Source of the DNA: an uncultured archaeon
GTDB taxonomy: Archaea; Iainarchaeota; Iainarchaeia; Iainarchaeales; JAAZKV01
Assembly (NCBI GenBank): GCA_964551375.1
Contig: CAZKBG010000004.1
Coordinates: forward strand, 1 to 6,368
Direction: 5' to 3'
DNA: 6,368 nt
Under the pieces are notes generated by a model, which had not been told where the DNA came from, did no database searches, and saw only the letters and a program-made list of their open reading frames with translations. A program made the translations under genes and the position numbers. Below are positions 5,821 through 6,368 of the stretch, in pieces; the first letter of the stretch is position 1; every line of letters starts with the position of its first letter.

Positions 5821-5860
5821 GGTTAATTTTTAGCAAAGTTATAAAATTAGGCGCGATAAA

Positions 5861-6250
5861 ATGGCTGAAAAAGTCAAAGTAATGCTTGATACTAATTTTC
5901 TGCTCACGATGGTGAGGCACAAAATCCACGGATTTGACGAAATAAAGCAAAAACTCCCTTGTGAATTTTATATTCTAAGCAGAGTACTGTTTGAACTTGC
6001 GGGCTTAGGAAAAAGCGATAAAAAAGTGAAAAAAGAAGTCGCAATAGTTGAACAGCTTTTGAAGAACAACAATGTTAAAGTAATAGAAAGCAAACTTGAA
6101 AGCGTGGACACTGAACTAGTAGGACTCGCAGGCGAATACATTGTGGCAACCAACGATAAAGAGCTGCGAAGAAGGGTAAAAATCGCCGGCGGAAAGACAA
6201 TATTTATCAGAAGCCTAACTTACGTTGACGTGGAAGACCTTGTTGAATAA
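5861..6250 (+). CDS. Archaeal PIN-domain protein, Fcf1/Utp24-like putative endoribonuclease
   Basis: KVMLDTNFLLTMVRHKIHGFDEI...YILSRVLFELAGL...ESVDTELVGLAGEYIVATNDKELRRRVKIAGGKTIFIRS. PIN acidic residues D10, E45, D83 and D99 are present, and VATNDKELRRR is the typical archaeal PIN C-terminal motif. Its position after aIF2-gamma is the usual archaeal neighbourhood. Confidence 0.9.
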   Translation: MAEKVKVMLDTNFLLTMVRHKIHGFDEIKQKLPCEFYILSRVLFELAGLGKSDKKVKKEVAIVEQLLKNNNVKVIESKLESVDTELVGLAGEYIVATNDKELRRRVKIAGGKTIFIRSLTYVDVEDLVE

Positions 6251-6285
6251 AATTGGCAGAATCTGGGATTTTTAGCAGTTTAAGC

Positions 6286-6306
6286 AAGTTTAGGGCAACT
6301 AAATTT
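6286..6306 (+). repeat. Hairpin-forming inverted repeat downstream of the PIN gene
   Basis: AAGTTTAG (6286-6293) - GGCAA - CTAAATTT (6299-6306) gives 8 potential pairs, including one G-U. Function unknown. Confidence 0.3.
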
Positions 6307-6368
6307 TAGACCAAAAGGCATGGTTTTTAAACATGGCGTTTAGATAATTTAATAATCCGCTCCTTAGC

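Noticed and set aside
5840-5848. TATAAAATT-like element before the PIN gene as a dedicated promoter
   Set aside because: It is only about 20 nt upstream of ATG 5861, so the predicted transcription start would fall within the coding region. More likely just AT-rich intergenic sequence, with the gene co-transcribed with aIF2-gamma.
5861-6250. PIN-domain protein as a VapC toxin of a toxin-antitoxin module
   Set aside because: No antitoxin-sized partner gene is adjacent. The sequence pattern and position after aIF2-gamma match the housekeeping Fcf1/Utp24-like archaeal PIN family better.
1-6368. CRISPR array, transposon ends, integrase or defence system
   Set aside because: No regularly spaced repeats, terminal inverted repeats flanking an ORF, or transposase/nuclease genes other than the PIN protein are visible. 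The content is core translation machinery.

Overview
This is an archaeal informational gene neighbourhood with every supported gene on the + strand: rpl7ae - rps28e - rpl24e - ndk - [NDK-like paralog] - infB (aIF5B) - rps6e - aIF2-gamma - PIN-domain protein (Fcf1/Utp24-like). I see no mobile element, CRISPR array, intein, phage gene or defence system. The window looks like a core translation locus rather than an accessory island. The most unusual item is the 157-codon ORF at 1515-1988, between ndk and infB. By hand it aligns along most of its length with the upstream NDK (about 12/40 identities in the N-terminal block and 10/28 in the C-terminal block). It lacks the roughly 30-residue segment carrying the GTIRGD motif, and the conserved Lys of IKPDG is Arg. 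This looks like a tandem-duplicated, remodelled NDK-fold protein that is probably non-canonical or inactive. A second lead is the aIF2-gamma, which has an ~88-residue Lys/Glu/Ala/His-rich N-terminal extension and no cysteines where the zinc knuckle is expected. Smaller observations concern the L7Ae leader, TATA-like/SD arrangements, a TKID G4 motif in aIF5B, and a possible truncated gene or promoter at the right edge. All homology statements come from motif recognition and hand alignment. No database search was run.
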